Part shown: in pieces, positions 36,739 to 46,179 of the stretch | Layout of the letters: every line of letters begins with the position of its first letter | Numbering within the stretch: position 1 is the stretch's first letter | Assembly (NCBI GenBank): GCA_022848805.1 | Contig: JAJISI010000002.1 | Location: forward strand, 1-51,533 | Origin: Thermoplasmatota archaeon | Lineage (GTDB): Archaea > Thermoplasmatota > Thermoplasmata > UBA10834 | DNA: 51,533 nt | Direction: 5' to 3' | Made by a program: the position numbers and the translations under genes | The notes under the pieces: generated by a model | The model's database searches: none | What the model saw: the letters and a program-made list of their open reading frames with translations, nothing else | What the model was told of the DNA's origin: nothing

Positions 36739-39444
36739 TCACTCCCCTCCTGAATTGGCGAGGATCTCCGCTGCCTTGGCAGCCGCGCTCGATCCCTGGG
36801 CAACGGATTCCGGGATGTCGGCCGGTCCTGCGCAATATCCCGCGAGGTAGATTCCGGGCAGGCCACTCTTGCCGAAGCCCAGGATGCTATCGGGAGACTC
36901 GAAGAAGCCGAATTCCGTGAGCTTCAGCCCGAGCTTCTTCGCCAGTTCGACAGTGTCCTCCCTGGGGACGAGCGTCGTCGCGAGCACGACCGCGTCGAAC
37001 TCCTCTGATTGCTGCTTCCCCCCCACGTCGAAGACGACCACTGGATTGTTGGTCTCCGCGTTCTCCTGTACGGTTGCATCCGAGTTGATGTAGCTGACTC
37101 CGTAATCGCTCTTAGCCCTTTCAACGTACTCGTTGAACCCTTTCGCGCAGGCCCTCATGTCCTTGTAGAATATCGTGGAGTTGATGTCTTCGTAGTGTTC
37201 CCTGGCGAGCATAGCCTCTTTCGTGGCATGCATGCAGCACACTGAACAGCAATAGGGATGTCCCACCTGCGGGTTTCTCGATCCGACGCACTGGATGAAC
37301 GCCAGTTTCTTCGGATGCTCCCCATCGGATCGCCTCACGATGTGTCCTCCAGTGGGTCCTGAGGCGTTGATCATACGTTCATATTCCATCGCCGTGTAGA
37401 CGTTTGGGTACTTCTTGTAGCCGTACTCTGAGGCAGATGTCGGGTCCCACATATCGAAGCCAGTGGCGACTATGACCGCCGCCGGATTCAGCGTTACGAC
37501 CTGATCCTTCATGTTGTAGTCGATGGCGTCGGGGCCGCACGCAGTGGCGCACGCCTCGCACTGGGAGCACGGTCCGCAGTTCACGCATCGAGCCGCCTCC
37601 TTGAGCGCCTCCTCCTTGGTGAACACCTTCTCGACCTCCTCGAAAGAGGTCTTGCGCTTATCATCCGGAATGTGTTGCCTGAGGACACGCTCGCTCTTCG
37701 AGATATCTCCATCCATTCTCGCCTTGATGTCTTCGAGCGTGATCACATGCTCATTCTTCTCCTCTGGTTCCGGCTCGATGCTCTCACCGTTCAACGACTT
37801 CTCGATGTATCGAGCGGCTTTATTGCCCGCCGCGAACGCCTCGACAGCCGACGCGGGTCCTGAAACGGCATCTCCGCCTGCGAAGACGCCTGGGATGTTG
37901 GTGCTTAGGTTGCCGGGGTTGACCTCCAGGGTCTTCCACTTCGTGACCGCAAGGTCCTTCGAGCCAAGAGCGTCCAGGTCCGGCGCCTGGCTCACTGCTG
38001 GGATGACCGTGTCGACTTCGACGGTGAATTCCGACCCATCGACAGGCACTGGACGCGGACGGCCTGACTGGTCCGGCTCGCCGAGTTTCATCCTTATGCA
38101 CTCGATGGCCGTAATCTTGCCGTCCTTGCCCTGGATCTTGACCGGTGATGCCAAGAACTCGAACTTGACTCCTTCCTCTTCCGCTCCTTTGATCTCAGCT
38201 GCGATCGCGGGCATCTCGTCCTTCGTCCGGCGGTATATCACAGTCACATCGGAGCCCATGCGCAAGGCCGTTCTCGCGGCGTCCATCGCGGCGTTTCCCC
38301 CGCCTATGACTGCCACCTTCTTGCCGATCTTGACCGTCTCCTTGTCTGCGACCCTGTGAAGGAAGTCCACGCCATGGACAACCCCTTCCAGGTCCTCGCC
38401 CGGGACGCCCAGCTTGAGGCTCTTATGAGCCCCTATGGCCAGGAAGACGGCATCGTACTCTTTCTTCAGGTCCTCGAGCGCCAGATCCTTGCCGACGGTC
38501 TTGCCGTACTCGATCTCGATCCCGTGTGCCAACAGATGGTCCACCTCGGCGGTCAGCACATCCTTGGGAAGACGGTAGTCGGGGATGCCCCACCAGAGCA
38601 TCCCGCCGGGTTTCGATGTGGCCTCGAACATCTTAACCTTGAATCCTTTGAGCGCCAGACGGTAGGCTGCTGCCAGGCCGGCCGGGCCAGCTCCCACAAC
38701 CGCAACCTTCTCCTTCCGCTCCTCCTCGATTGGGGTCGGCACGTCCTCGCCCTGCTCGCGGACGTAGTCCCCGACGAAAGCCTTCAATCCCGCGATGGCT
38801 ACCGGTTCGTCGACGTCCGTTCTGTTGCAGCCCTCCTCGCAGGGGTGGTGGCATATGCGTCCACACACGGAGGGGAGCGGGATGGTCCTTCGTATCAGGT
38901 CCACCGCTTCCTTGAACTTCTCGGCTCGTATGAGTGCGACGTATCCCTGCGCGCTCAGGCCAGCCGGGCATTTGTCGGAACACGGCGCCACTCCTGCCCT
39001 GTCGATCGTTGCAGCTCTTGGCACTGATTGAAGGAACGGCACGTAGATCGCCGGCCTCTCCCTCATGCCCATATCGAATTCGTTCGGAAGGCTTACCGGG
39101 CACACCTTGAAACAGTCGCCACAGCCATTGCACTTCTCCTCGTCGACGAACCTGGCCTTCTTGAGCACATCAACCTTGAAATCACCGGCTTTCCCAGAGA
39201 TGTCCTTCACCTCTGAGTATGTCATCACATTGATACTGGGATGCGCGTAGCAGTCGGCCATCTTCGGCGCCAGGATGCAGATCGAGCAATCGTTCGTCGG
39301 GAAAGTCTTGTCCAACTGTGCCATTCTTCCGCCTATGCTGGGCAGTTTCTCGACAAGATCGACCTCGATCCCCCTCTCGGCTAGGTCCAAAGCAGCCTGT
39401 ATTCCGGCAATTCCGCCTCCGATTACCATTACGGATTTCGTCAA
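36739..39444 (-). CDS. HdrL-like N-terminal half: HdrA with an inserted GltD/NfnB-like NAD(P)H:flavin oxidoreductase
   Basis: VIGGGIAG and FPTNDCSIC, then PCSDKCP...CGRICHHPCE..C.R, VGAGPAGL, GIPDYRLP, VIGGGNAAMDAAR...YRRT, EAARC..C, then a return to HdrA (QCVGSR..YCCSVCC). Confidence 0.9.
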   Translation of the reverse strand: MTKSVMVIGGGIAGIQAALDLAERGIEVDLVEKLPSIGGRMAQLDKTFPTNDCSICILAPKMADCYAHPSINVMTYSEVKDISGKAGDFKVDVLKKARFVDEEKCNGCGDCFKVCPVSLPNEFDMGMRERPAIYVPFLQSVPRAATIDRAGVAPCSDKCPAGLSAQGYVALIRAEKFKEAVDLIRRTIPLPSVCGRICHHPCEEGCNRTDVDEPVAIAGLKAFVGDYVREQGEDVPTPIEEERKEKVAVVGAGPAGLAAAYRLALKGFKVKMFEATSKPGGMLWWGIPDYRLPKDVLTAEVDHLLAHGIEIEYGKTVGKDLALEDLKKEYDAVFLAIGAHKSLKLGVPGEDLEGVVHGVDFLHRVADKETVKIGKKVAVIGGGNAAMDAARTALRMGSDVTVIYRRTKDEMPAIAAEIKGAEEEGVKFEFLASPVKIQGKDGKITAIECIRMKLGEPDQSGRPRPVPVDGSEFTVEVDTVIPAVSQAPDLDALGSKDLAVTKWKTLEVNPGNLSTNIPGVFAGGDAVSGPASAVEAFAAGNKAARYIEKSLNGESIEPEPEEKNEHVITLEDIKARMDGDISKSERVLRQHIPDDKRKTSFEEVEKVFTKEEALKEAARCVNCGPCSQCEACATACGPDAIDYNMKDQVVTLNPAAVIVATGFDMWDPTSASEYGYKKYPNVYTAMEYERMINASGPTGGHIVRRSDGEHPKKLAFIQCVGSRNPQVGHPYCCSVCCMHATKEAMLAREHYEDINSTIFYKDMRACAKGFNEYVERAKSDYGVSYINSDATVQENAETNNPVVVFDVGGKQQSEEFDAVVLATTLVPREDTVELAKKLGLKLTEFGFFESPDSILGFGKSGLPGIYLAGYCAGPADIPESVAQGSSAAAKAAEILANSGGE

Positions 39445-39484
39445 TCAAAAACCCCCTTCAAGTCGCATGTTCATCACCGCGTTG

Positions 39485-39508
39485 CATTGTATGTACTACA
39501 GTACAATG
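39485..39508. promoter_or_regulatory. Dyad-symmetry element upstream of the hdrL-like gene
   Basis: CATTGTA-TGTACTACAG-TACAATG: a 7-bp inverted repeat with an inner TGTA/TACA pair, in the only sizeable intergenic gap (160 bp) inside the hdr cluster. Confidence 0.45.
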
Positions 39509-39604
39509 AACCCCTCTTGCCACTGCGGTATCGAATCCCCTCTCTTATGTGTTTCGTTGGGATATTGACGAATCTTGTGCGATTCACGCCTCCCGTACGA
39601 ACCA

Positions 39605-41206
39605 TCATTCCAACGCCTCCGCAATCGCAACACTCAGGTCCTTGATCTTAATGTCCACCTGCTCCTTCGGGACTCCCTCGAGTTTGTTGTCTCGTGTGCA
39701 AGCCAGATGGATCAGGCATTTGTAGCAGCCCGTGACCAAACAATCCGCCCCCGTCTTCTTCGCTTCCTTCAGCCTCTCCACCTGTATCTTTCTCGCGGTC
39801 TCGTCGCAGGTCGTCCACGCGCTCACGCCGCAGCAGAGCGCCTTGTCCCTGGTGTTCTCCATCTCGATTATCTCCGTACCCTCTGAGGCTTCGAGTGCGG
39901 CCCTCGGCGGGTCGTATATGTCGAGGTGCCGGCCAAGCCTGCATGAGTCCTGGAAGGTCAGCTTCCTGGCGCTTGGCTTGAGCTTCAACTTCCCCTCCTT
40001 CACCAGGTCGTCCACGAGCTCTGAGACATGCGTCAGCTCGAACTCGAAATCTCCCATGAAGTCCTGGTAGTCCATGTCGAAGGTCCTCATGCACTCGGGG
40101 CACGAGAACACAACCTTCTTCGCGCCAGAGGCCTTGATCAGGTCGACATTCTTCTTCATCAGCTTCTGGAGGCCCGCCTCGTCCCCCGTCCAGTTGAGGT
40201 CGTGCCCGCAGCAGACCTCGTCGTTGCTCACCACCGGGACAATTCCTGCCTTGTTCATTATCTTCACGACCGCCTGGGGTATACCTGACAGGTTGAGTTC
40301 CCTGTCGTTGAACAGCGCGTCGAAGTATGAGACGCAGCCCGTGAAGTAGAACACCTCGCCCTTCTCTGCGACCTTCAGCTCCTGTGTCAGCCACCCGAGC
40401 CTGTCCTGTTTGAAGTCGCCGTATGCTTGGACCCGCATGAGCCCCTGTATGATCCCACCCTGACTGCACGTCGGTGTGCTGTCCATCTTGACGGCCTCGG
40501 CCCGAAGACCCCTGATGAACCCAGAGTAGTCGACCTCGTACGGACACATGGAGTTGCACTGCTCGCATGTGATGCAGGTCCATATGTCCCCGCCCGTCGT
40601 GATCGCCTCCGTCTGCCCCTCCGTCGCCTTGAGGACTATCGTTCTCGGAGCGAAGTCCGGGTCATGCTTCGCGACAGGACACACGGTCGTGCACTTGCCG
40701 CATTCGACGCAGTCGAAGGCGCCGGTGTCCTCGATGAGTTGATCGACCTTCCGTTTCAAGCTGGCCGGATCGATGCTACCAGCTTTGGGCTGCTTCGGGA
40801 TGGGGTTGGGTCCGAGCTTCCTTATCTGCTCGGTAAACTCCTTCATCGTTGCGGCGAACTTCTGGCCTTCGGACGCGGATATCCACTCGAGGCGCATCCT
40901 GTCCCTGCCTATTCCGACGATGTCGAGCAGCTCCTGGGTCGTCTTCATCCGCTTCTCCGCTTCGACGTTGCCCGATATGTAGTGGCAGTCACCGATATGG
41001 CAGCCTGCGACCAGGACGCCGTCGGCTCCCAGCTCGAGCGCTTTGAGTATGAAGTACGGTTCCACCCGGCCGGAGCACATGACGCGTATGATGCGCGCGT
41101 TGGGCGGGTACTGCATCCTGCTGACGCCCGCGAGGTCAGCACCTGCGTACGAGCACCAGTTGCAGCAGAAGGCGACGATGTTCGGCTCGAACTCGTCCCC
41201 GCTCAT
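39605..41206 (-). CDS. MvhD-HdrD fusion (MvhD + HdrC-like 2x[4Fe-4S] + two CCG domains)
   Basis: N-terminal [33 protein letters not shown] and [12 protein letters not shown]; then GC...CCGH...SCPEC and DSC.LGRH...CCGV...GCYKC. Confidence 0.92.
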   Translation of the reverse strand: MSGDEFEPNIVAFCCNWCSYAGADLAGVSRMQYPPNARIIRVMCSGRVEPYFILKALELGADGVLVAGCHIGDCHYISGNVEAEKRMKTTQELLDIVGIGRDRMRLEWISASEGQKFAATMKEFTEQIRKLGPNPIPKQPKAGSIDPASLKRKVDQLIEDTGAFDCVECGKCTTVCPVAKHDPDFAPRTIVLKATEGQTEAITTGGDIWTCITCEQCNSMCPYEVDYSGFIRGLRAEAVKMDSTPTCSQGGIIQGLMRVQAYGDFKQDRLGWLTQELKVAEKGEVFYFTGCVSYFDALFNDRELNLSGIPQAVVKIMNKAGIVPVVSNDEVCCGHDLNWTGDEAGLQKLMKKNVDLIKASGAKKVVFSCPECMRTFDMDYQDFMGDFEFELTHVSELVDDLVKEGKLKLKPSARKLTFQDSCRLGRHLDIYDPPRAALEASEGTEIIEMENTRDKALCCGVSAWTTCDETARKIQVERLKEAKKTGADCLVTGCYKCLIHLACTRDNKLEGVPKEQVDIKIKDLSVAIAEALE

Positions 41207-44200
41207 GCCTTCGCCTCCCGTTCCTCGTCGTCATCTGCAAGCGCCGCCTCTATCATCGTGATTATCTGGTCGCTCCTGAAATGCTTGGACCGGATGGCCC
41301 TGGAACAACACTCGACCACACACGAACCGCAGCCTTTGCACAGCGCCTCGTTCACCTTCGACTTGAACACTCCGGGGGAGACCTCCTCGAGCCTCGGGGC
41401 GCCGTATTCGCAGAGGTCCACGCATCTCCCACAGCCGATGCATTTTTCCTCGTCGACCACGCTGACGACGCCCTCGCCCTCTATGAACGGCTTGGAGAGG
41501 ACCGTGTTGACCCTCGCGGCCGCGGCCAGCGCCTGCGAGATGCTCTCGTCGATCAGCCGCGGTGAGTGGGCTAGGCCGCAGAGGAATATGCCATCGGTCG
41601 CGAAGTCGACCGGCCTGAGCTTCATGTGCGCCTCGAGGAAGAACCCCTCCTCGTTCTGCGGTACCTTCAATTTCTGGGCTATGTCCTTGTTGTCGGGGTT
41701 AGGATGGACTGCGGCGTTCAGCACGACATAGTCCGGCCTGATCGTGATGGTCTCCTCTATGAACTTCTCGTCGATCTCGACGATTATGCCATCGCCGTCC
41801 GCTCTCACCTTGGGGGGCGATTCAGGGTCGTACCTTAGGAATCTCACCCCCTGACGGGCGGCCTCGTTGTAGTTCTCTTCTGCGAAGCCGAACGTGCGTA
41901 TGTCCCTGAACAGGATGTACACGCTCGTCTCGGGGTGCTCCTCTCGTATCTTGAGCGCGTTGGCCATCGCCGTGGAGCAGCATATCCTCGAGCAGTTCGG
42001 GTGCTCTTCGTTCCTCGAACCGACGCATTGAATTATTGCGACGGCCTTCGCGTCAAGCTCGCCCTTCGCCAGCATATCTCCCAGGTCGGTCTGTTTGATG
42101 ACCTTCGGGTGCTGGCCGCAGAGGTATTCCGTCGGTTCGTACTCCACCGCACCGGAGGCGACGACCACCGCTCCGTGTTTGATCTCTTCGCCGCCTTTCA
42201 GGGTGGTCTCGAAGTTGCCTATGTACCCTTTGACCTCCTCGACGGTCTCTCCGAGGTGTATCGTGACGTTCGTGTTGTCCTGCAAGTCCTTCTTGAGGTT
42301 TGCAAGGGTTTCCTGAGGGTTCACGCCTGCGAGCGTGTGGTGGATCCTCCTCATGTGCCCTCCCAACTCCTTCTCCTTTTCGACTATGTGTACCTCGTAT
42401 CCCGCCTTGGCTATCTCCAGCGCCGCGGTCATACCGCTCAACCCTCCGCCTATCACCAGTGCGGCCGGGGTGACCGGTATCTTCGGCTGAGGGAGCGGTT
42501 CGAGCATGGATGCCTTCGCGACTGCCATGCGCACGAGGTCCTTCGACTTCTCGGTGGCGGCCTCCGGTTCCAACCTGTGGACCCACGAGCATTGGTCCCG
42601 TATGTTCGCCATCTCGAAGAGATACTTGTTGAGCCCCGCCTCTCTGACGGTGTTCTGGAACAGCGGTTCGTGTGTCCTGGGCGTGCAGCTCGCGACGACC
42701 ACCCTGTTCAGGTCGTGCTCGTCGATCATCTCCTTGATCTTCTTCTGCGTGTCCTGAGAACAAGTGTACAGGTTTTCCTCCGCGTATACGACACCAGGGA
42801 GCTTGGAGGCGTACTCCATCACCCCAGGCACGTCTACGACGGATCCTATGTTGATCCCGCAATGGCAGACGAACACCCCTATCCTGGGTTCCTTGTCCGT
42901 CACGTCCTTCTCCTCGGGATACTCCTTCTTCGTGACCAGCTTGCCCCTCTCGTCTGAGAGCAAGGCGGCCGCCTTCCCTGCAGCTCCGCTTGCCTGAGCG
43001 ACAGAATCGGGTATGTCCTTCGGGCCGGAGAACGCCCCGCAGACGTAGATTCCTGGCACCGAAGTATCGACAGGCGCGAGCTCGTCGGTTTCGCAGAAGC
43101 CGAACTTGTTCATATTCATGCCAAGCGATTTCGCGAGCGCTTTCGAGGATTCCGGTGGCGTCGCCCCGGATGCCAGTACGACCATATCGAAAGTCTCATC
43201 TTCGATGTCAGCGCCATCTATGAAGCCGAGTACGAGGTCGCTCGTCCCGGGGTTCTCCTGGACCTTCGCGATCCTGTTGTTCCTGAACATCCTGACGCCG
43301 TACTCATCCTCCGCCCGGTGCAGATACTCCTCGAACTCCTTCCCGAAAGCTCTGGTATCCATGAAGAATATGGTCGTCTTGAGCCCCGGAACATGCTCCT
43401 GGGCGATGACCGCTTGCTTCAAGGCTGCCATACAGCAGTACGAGGAGCAGTAGGTGTTCGGCGTCTGTGCGTCCCTGGAGCCGACGCATTGTATGAACGC
43501 GATATTTTTCGGCACGTCCCCGTCCGAAGGCCTGATCACATGCCCCTCTGTAGGGCCTGACGCGCTCAACATCCTCTCGAACTCGATGTTGCTGAGCACG
43601 TTGGGGAACGTGCCATGACCGTACATCACCTTCTTTGAAGAGTTGTATACGTCGTAGCCTGGCGCGAGGATTATGGCGCCGACGTCTATGGTCTCTTCGA
43701 TATCTGGGTCCATGTCGTATTTGATGGCCTCAGCCTCGCAGAACTTCTCGCAGATGCCGCATCCGATGCACAGCCCTCTGTCGATGGTGTATATCAACGG
43801 GACTGCCTGCGGGAACGGTACATATATCGCCTTCGCGGGCGCCAGCTCCCTGTCGAATGCGCTGGACCACTCAATGGGACAGTGCTCCGCACACACGCCG
43901 CAGCCGGTGCACTTCTCCTCGACGATGTACCGTGAGTACTTGGCGAGTGTTACCTTGAAGTTCCCGGCCTGCCCCTCGACCTTCTTGAGAACGGAATAGG
44001 TGAGCATTGTGACATTCTCATGCCTGCCGGTCGCGACGAGCTTCGGGGACAGTATGCACATCGAGCAGTCGTTCGTCGGGAATGTCTTATCGAGCTGCGA
44101 CATAGTCCCTCCGATGCTCGGCGTCGTCTCCAGAAGATACACCTTGAACCCTGAATCCGCGAGATCCAGTGCGGCCTGCATCCCCGCCGGTCCGCCGCCG

Positions 44201-44238
44201 ATGACCAGGACGGCACCTACCCGCTCGTTCTTTGTCAT
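41203..44238 (-). CDS. hdrA: Tandem (single-chain double) HdrA-like flavoprotein
   Basis: Same architecture as 30985-34026: [17 protein letters not shown], inserted ferredoxin, internal CHCG domain, second VIGGGLSG, C-terminal ferredoxin. Confidence 0.93.
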   Translation of the reverse strand: MTKNERVGAVLVIGGGPAGMQAALDLADSGFKVYLLETTPSIGGTMSQLDKTFPTNDCSMCILSPKLVATGRHENVTMLTYSVLKKVEGQAGNFKVTLAKYSRYIVEEKCTGCGVCAEHCPIEWSSAFDRELAPAKAIYVPFPQAVPLIYTIDRGLCIGCGICEKFCEAEAIKYDMDPDIEETIDVGAIILAPGYDVYNSSKKVMYGHGTFPNVLSNIEFERMLSASGPTEGHVIRPSDGDVPKNIAFIQCVGSRDAQTPNTYCSSYCCMAALKQAVIAQEHVPGLKTTIFFMDTRAFGKEFEEYLHRAEDEYGVRMFRNNRIAKVQENPGTSDLVLGFIDGADIEDETFDMVVLASGATPPESSKALAKSLGMNMNKFGFCETDELAPVDTSVPGIYVCGAFSGPKDIPDSVAQASGAAGKAAALLSDERGKLVTKKEYPEEKDVTDKEPRIGVFVCHCGINIGSVVDVPGVMEYASKLPGVVYAEENLYTCSQDTQKKIKEMIDEHDLNRVVVASCTPRTHEPLFQNTVREAGLNKYLFEMANIRDQCSWVHRLEPEAATEKSKDLVRMAVAKASMLEPLPQPKIPVTPAALVIGGGLSGMTAALEIAKAGYEVHIVEKEKELGGHMRRIHHTLAGVNPQETLANLKKDLQDNTNVTIHLGETVEEVKGYIGNFETTLKGGEEIKHGAVVVASGAVEYEPTEYLCGQHPKVIKQTDLGDMLAKGELDAKAVAIIQCVGSRNEEHPNCSRICCSTAMANALKIREEHPETSVYILFRDIRTFGFAEENYNEAARQGVRFLRYDPESPPKVRADGDGIIVEIDEKFIEETITIRPDYVVLNAAVHPNPDNKDIAQKLKVPQNEEGFFLEAHMKLRPVDFATDGIFLCGLAHSPRLIDESISQALAAAARVNTVLSKPFIEGEGVVSVVDEEKCIGCGRCVDLCEYGAPRLEEVSPGVFKSKVNEALCKGCGSCVVECCSRAIRSKHFRSDQIITMIEAALADDDEEREAKA

Positions 44239-44240
44239 GT

Positions 44241-44684
44241 CTACGCACCCTCCTGAGCGATCGGTCCTAGCTGCTCGAGGTCAGACACCATTTCCCTGAT
44301 GACTTTGGCGAACTTCTGCCCTTCAGAACCAGCGATCCACTCGATTCTGAAGCGTTCCGGCTCTATGCCCGTCTCCTCTAAGAACTCCTCCAGGAAGTCG
44401 CCTCTCGTCGCGGTCTTCTCGTTGCCGTTGATGTAATGGCAGTCTGAGGGATGGCACCCAGCGACTATCACCCCGTCCGCTCCGAGCGTGAATGCCTTGA
44501 GGACGAACGCAGGGTCCACCCTCCCCGAACACATGACTCTCACGATCCTCACGTTCGGCGGATACTGCATCCTCGTGGTGCCCGCGAGGTCCGCGCCTGC
44601 GTACGAGCACCAGTTGCAGCAGAACGCGACTATTTTGGGCTCGTAGCTCGGCTGGTCCTGCTTGGCTTCTGACTGCTCTGCCAC
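44241..44684 (-). CDS. mvhD: MvhD [2Fe-2S] subunit
   Basis: Motifs [33 protein letters not shown] and WIAGSEG.KF. Confidence 0.95.
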   Translation of the reverse strand: MAEQSEAKQDQPSYEPKIVAFCCNWCSYAGADLAGTTRMQYPPNVRIVRVMCSGRVDPAFVLKAFTLGADGVIVAGCHPSDCHYINGNEKTATRGDFLEEFLEETGIEPERFRIEWIAGSEGQKFAKVIREMVSDLEQLGPIAQEGA

Positions 44685-44686
44685 GG

Positions 44687-45604
44687 TCAGACCCCCCTGA
44701 GCTTCCTGAGGAACGAGTGTGCCGACACGTGGTGCGTGTCGAACCCGAGCGATATCGGGTCGATGCCCATCGCCAGCGCCTGGAACTGAGCCACGTGCAT
44801 CACAGGGATGCCGTCCTTGGTGAAAGCCTTCTGGGCGTTGTCGAACTGGAGCAGACAGAAAGGGCAGCCAGTGACGATGCAGTCCGCCTCAGCAGCGACG
44901 ATGTTCCTGCATTTGTCTTCCGTGAGGGAATTGGCCAGCTCCACCACGTGAGACCTGACGCCTCCACCAGCGCCGCAGCAGTCCAGCTTGTCTTCGTAGT
45001 CGACGCTCGTCGCACCGCACGCCTCGATTATCTGGTCGATCTTGACGGGGTCGTTGGGGTCGTCGATGGTCTGGTTCTCGGTCGGTCTAAGATAATGGCA
45101 CCCATAGTGTACCGCCGCTTTGATGTTCTTGAGCGGCCGCGTGGTACGTTTCTGGACCTCTTCGAGACTGATGTCATTCGTCATGACGTCCACATAGTGC
45201 CTGACCTTGACCGGCTCCATTATCCGTCTCCGGCCCTCGGTCTTCCGAGGGGTACCCGTGTATTTCTTTCCTATCTGCGCCAGCATCCGGTTGACCTTTC
45301 CCCTCCTCTTGGAGTCCTCGAGGTACTCCGTCGCCTTGAGAAGTGAGGTGAGACAGCCGTTGCAGACGGTTAGTATCTCCCTGCGCTCCTTCTGCCCCAG
45401 GACGAGGTTGCGGGAGGCCAGCAACAACCATGTGTCTTTGTCCGATGAGTAGAATATTCCTGGCACCGGGCAGCACGAGAACTCCTTGATATCCGCGACA
45501 TCGAGGTCGTACCCTTCCTTGCCACAGACCCACCTGACCGCGTACTCGACGCCCGGGTATCTGTTCGGTATTATGCACCCGAAGAAGTAGGCGTAGCTGG
45601 TCAT
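44687..45604 (-). CDS. hdrB: Heterodisulfide reductase subunit B
   Basis: Motifs YFFGC.IP.RYPGVE, FSCCP.PG, CNGC, HYGCH.LRP, CCGAGGGVRS and CPFC.LQFD. Confidence 0.95.
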   Translation of the reverse strand: MTSYAYFFGCIIPNRYPGVEYAVRWVCGKEGYDLDVADIKEFSCCPVPGIFYSSDKDTWLLLASRNLVLGQKERREILTVCNGCLTSLLKATEYLEDSKRRGKVNRMLAQIGKKYTGTPRKTEGRRRIMEPVKVRHYVDVMTNDISLEEVQKRTTRPLKNIKAAVHYGCHYLRPTENQTIDDPNDPVKIDQIIEACGATSVDYEDKLDCCGAGGGVRSHVVELANSLTEDKCRNIVAAEADCIVTGCPFCLLQFDNAQKAFTKDGIPVMHVAQFQALAMGIDPISLGFDTHHVSAHSFLRKLRGV

Positions 45605-46179
45605 GCCTTCACCTCCTCCTCGATGCCGATGAGCTTGTCGTATCCGACCGCGTGGACGAGCACGTTGATTTCCTTTATCACCTTCGCGTACTCCGCCCCT
45701 CGCGAGGGAACGTCCTCGAGATCTAGCTCCTTCCGGATCTTCTCGACCTCCAGGTCAGGTTTCACGCTCTGGCCGTACTTCACCAGGTTGGCAGCCGCCA
45801 CCTTTATGAACGGCGGTATGACCCCTTCCCTGATAGCGATGTGCCTAAGCGCGATCATGACCTCCGCAGGGTTGATATCGGCTGGACAGTGCTCGTAGCA
45901 TCTGTAGCATGTTGCGCACACCCATTGTGTTCCGAGTGTGAGCGTCTTGAGGCCGAACTGGCAGTACTTGATGATGCTCCTGGTCTTGTAGTCTATCTTG
46001 AGGCTGATCGGGCACACACCTGTACAGTTTCCGCACTGCAGGCATGTCATGACGTCCTTGCCGCCGTACTTGACGATCTCCTTCGCGAAACCAGGCTCCA
46101 ACTGTGACTCGTCTATGACCTTGTCCTCGACCAGCTTCTCGCGCAGGCCGCTCAGGAAGACCTTCTCCACCTCCCCCAT
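45601..46179 (-). CDS. hdrC: Heterodisulfide reductase subunit C
   Basis: CLQCGNCTGVCP and WVCATCYRCYEHCP; lies between hdrA and hdrB. Confidence 0.93.
   Translation of the reverse strand: MGEVEKVFLSGLREKLVEDKVIDESQLEPGFAKEIVKYGGKDVMTCLQCGNCTGVCPISLKIDYKTRSIIKYCQFGLKTLTLGTQWVCATCYRCYEHCPADINPAEVMIALRHIAIREGVIPPFIKVAAANLVKYGQSVKPDLEVEKIRKELDLEDVPSRGAEYAKVIKEINVLVHAVGYDKLIGIEEEVKA

Noticed and set aside
32653..42957. Long plus-strand ORFs (428, 411, 434 and 340 aa) opposite the hdr genes
   Set aside because: They are antisense shadows of GC-rich, codon-biased genes and carry no recognisable motifs.
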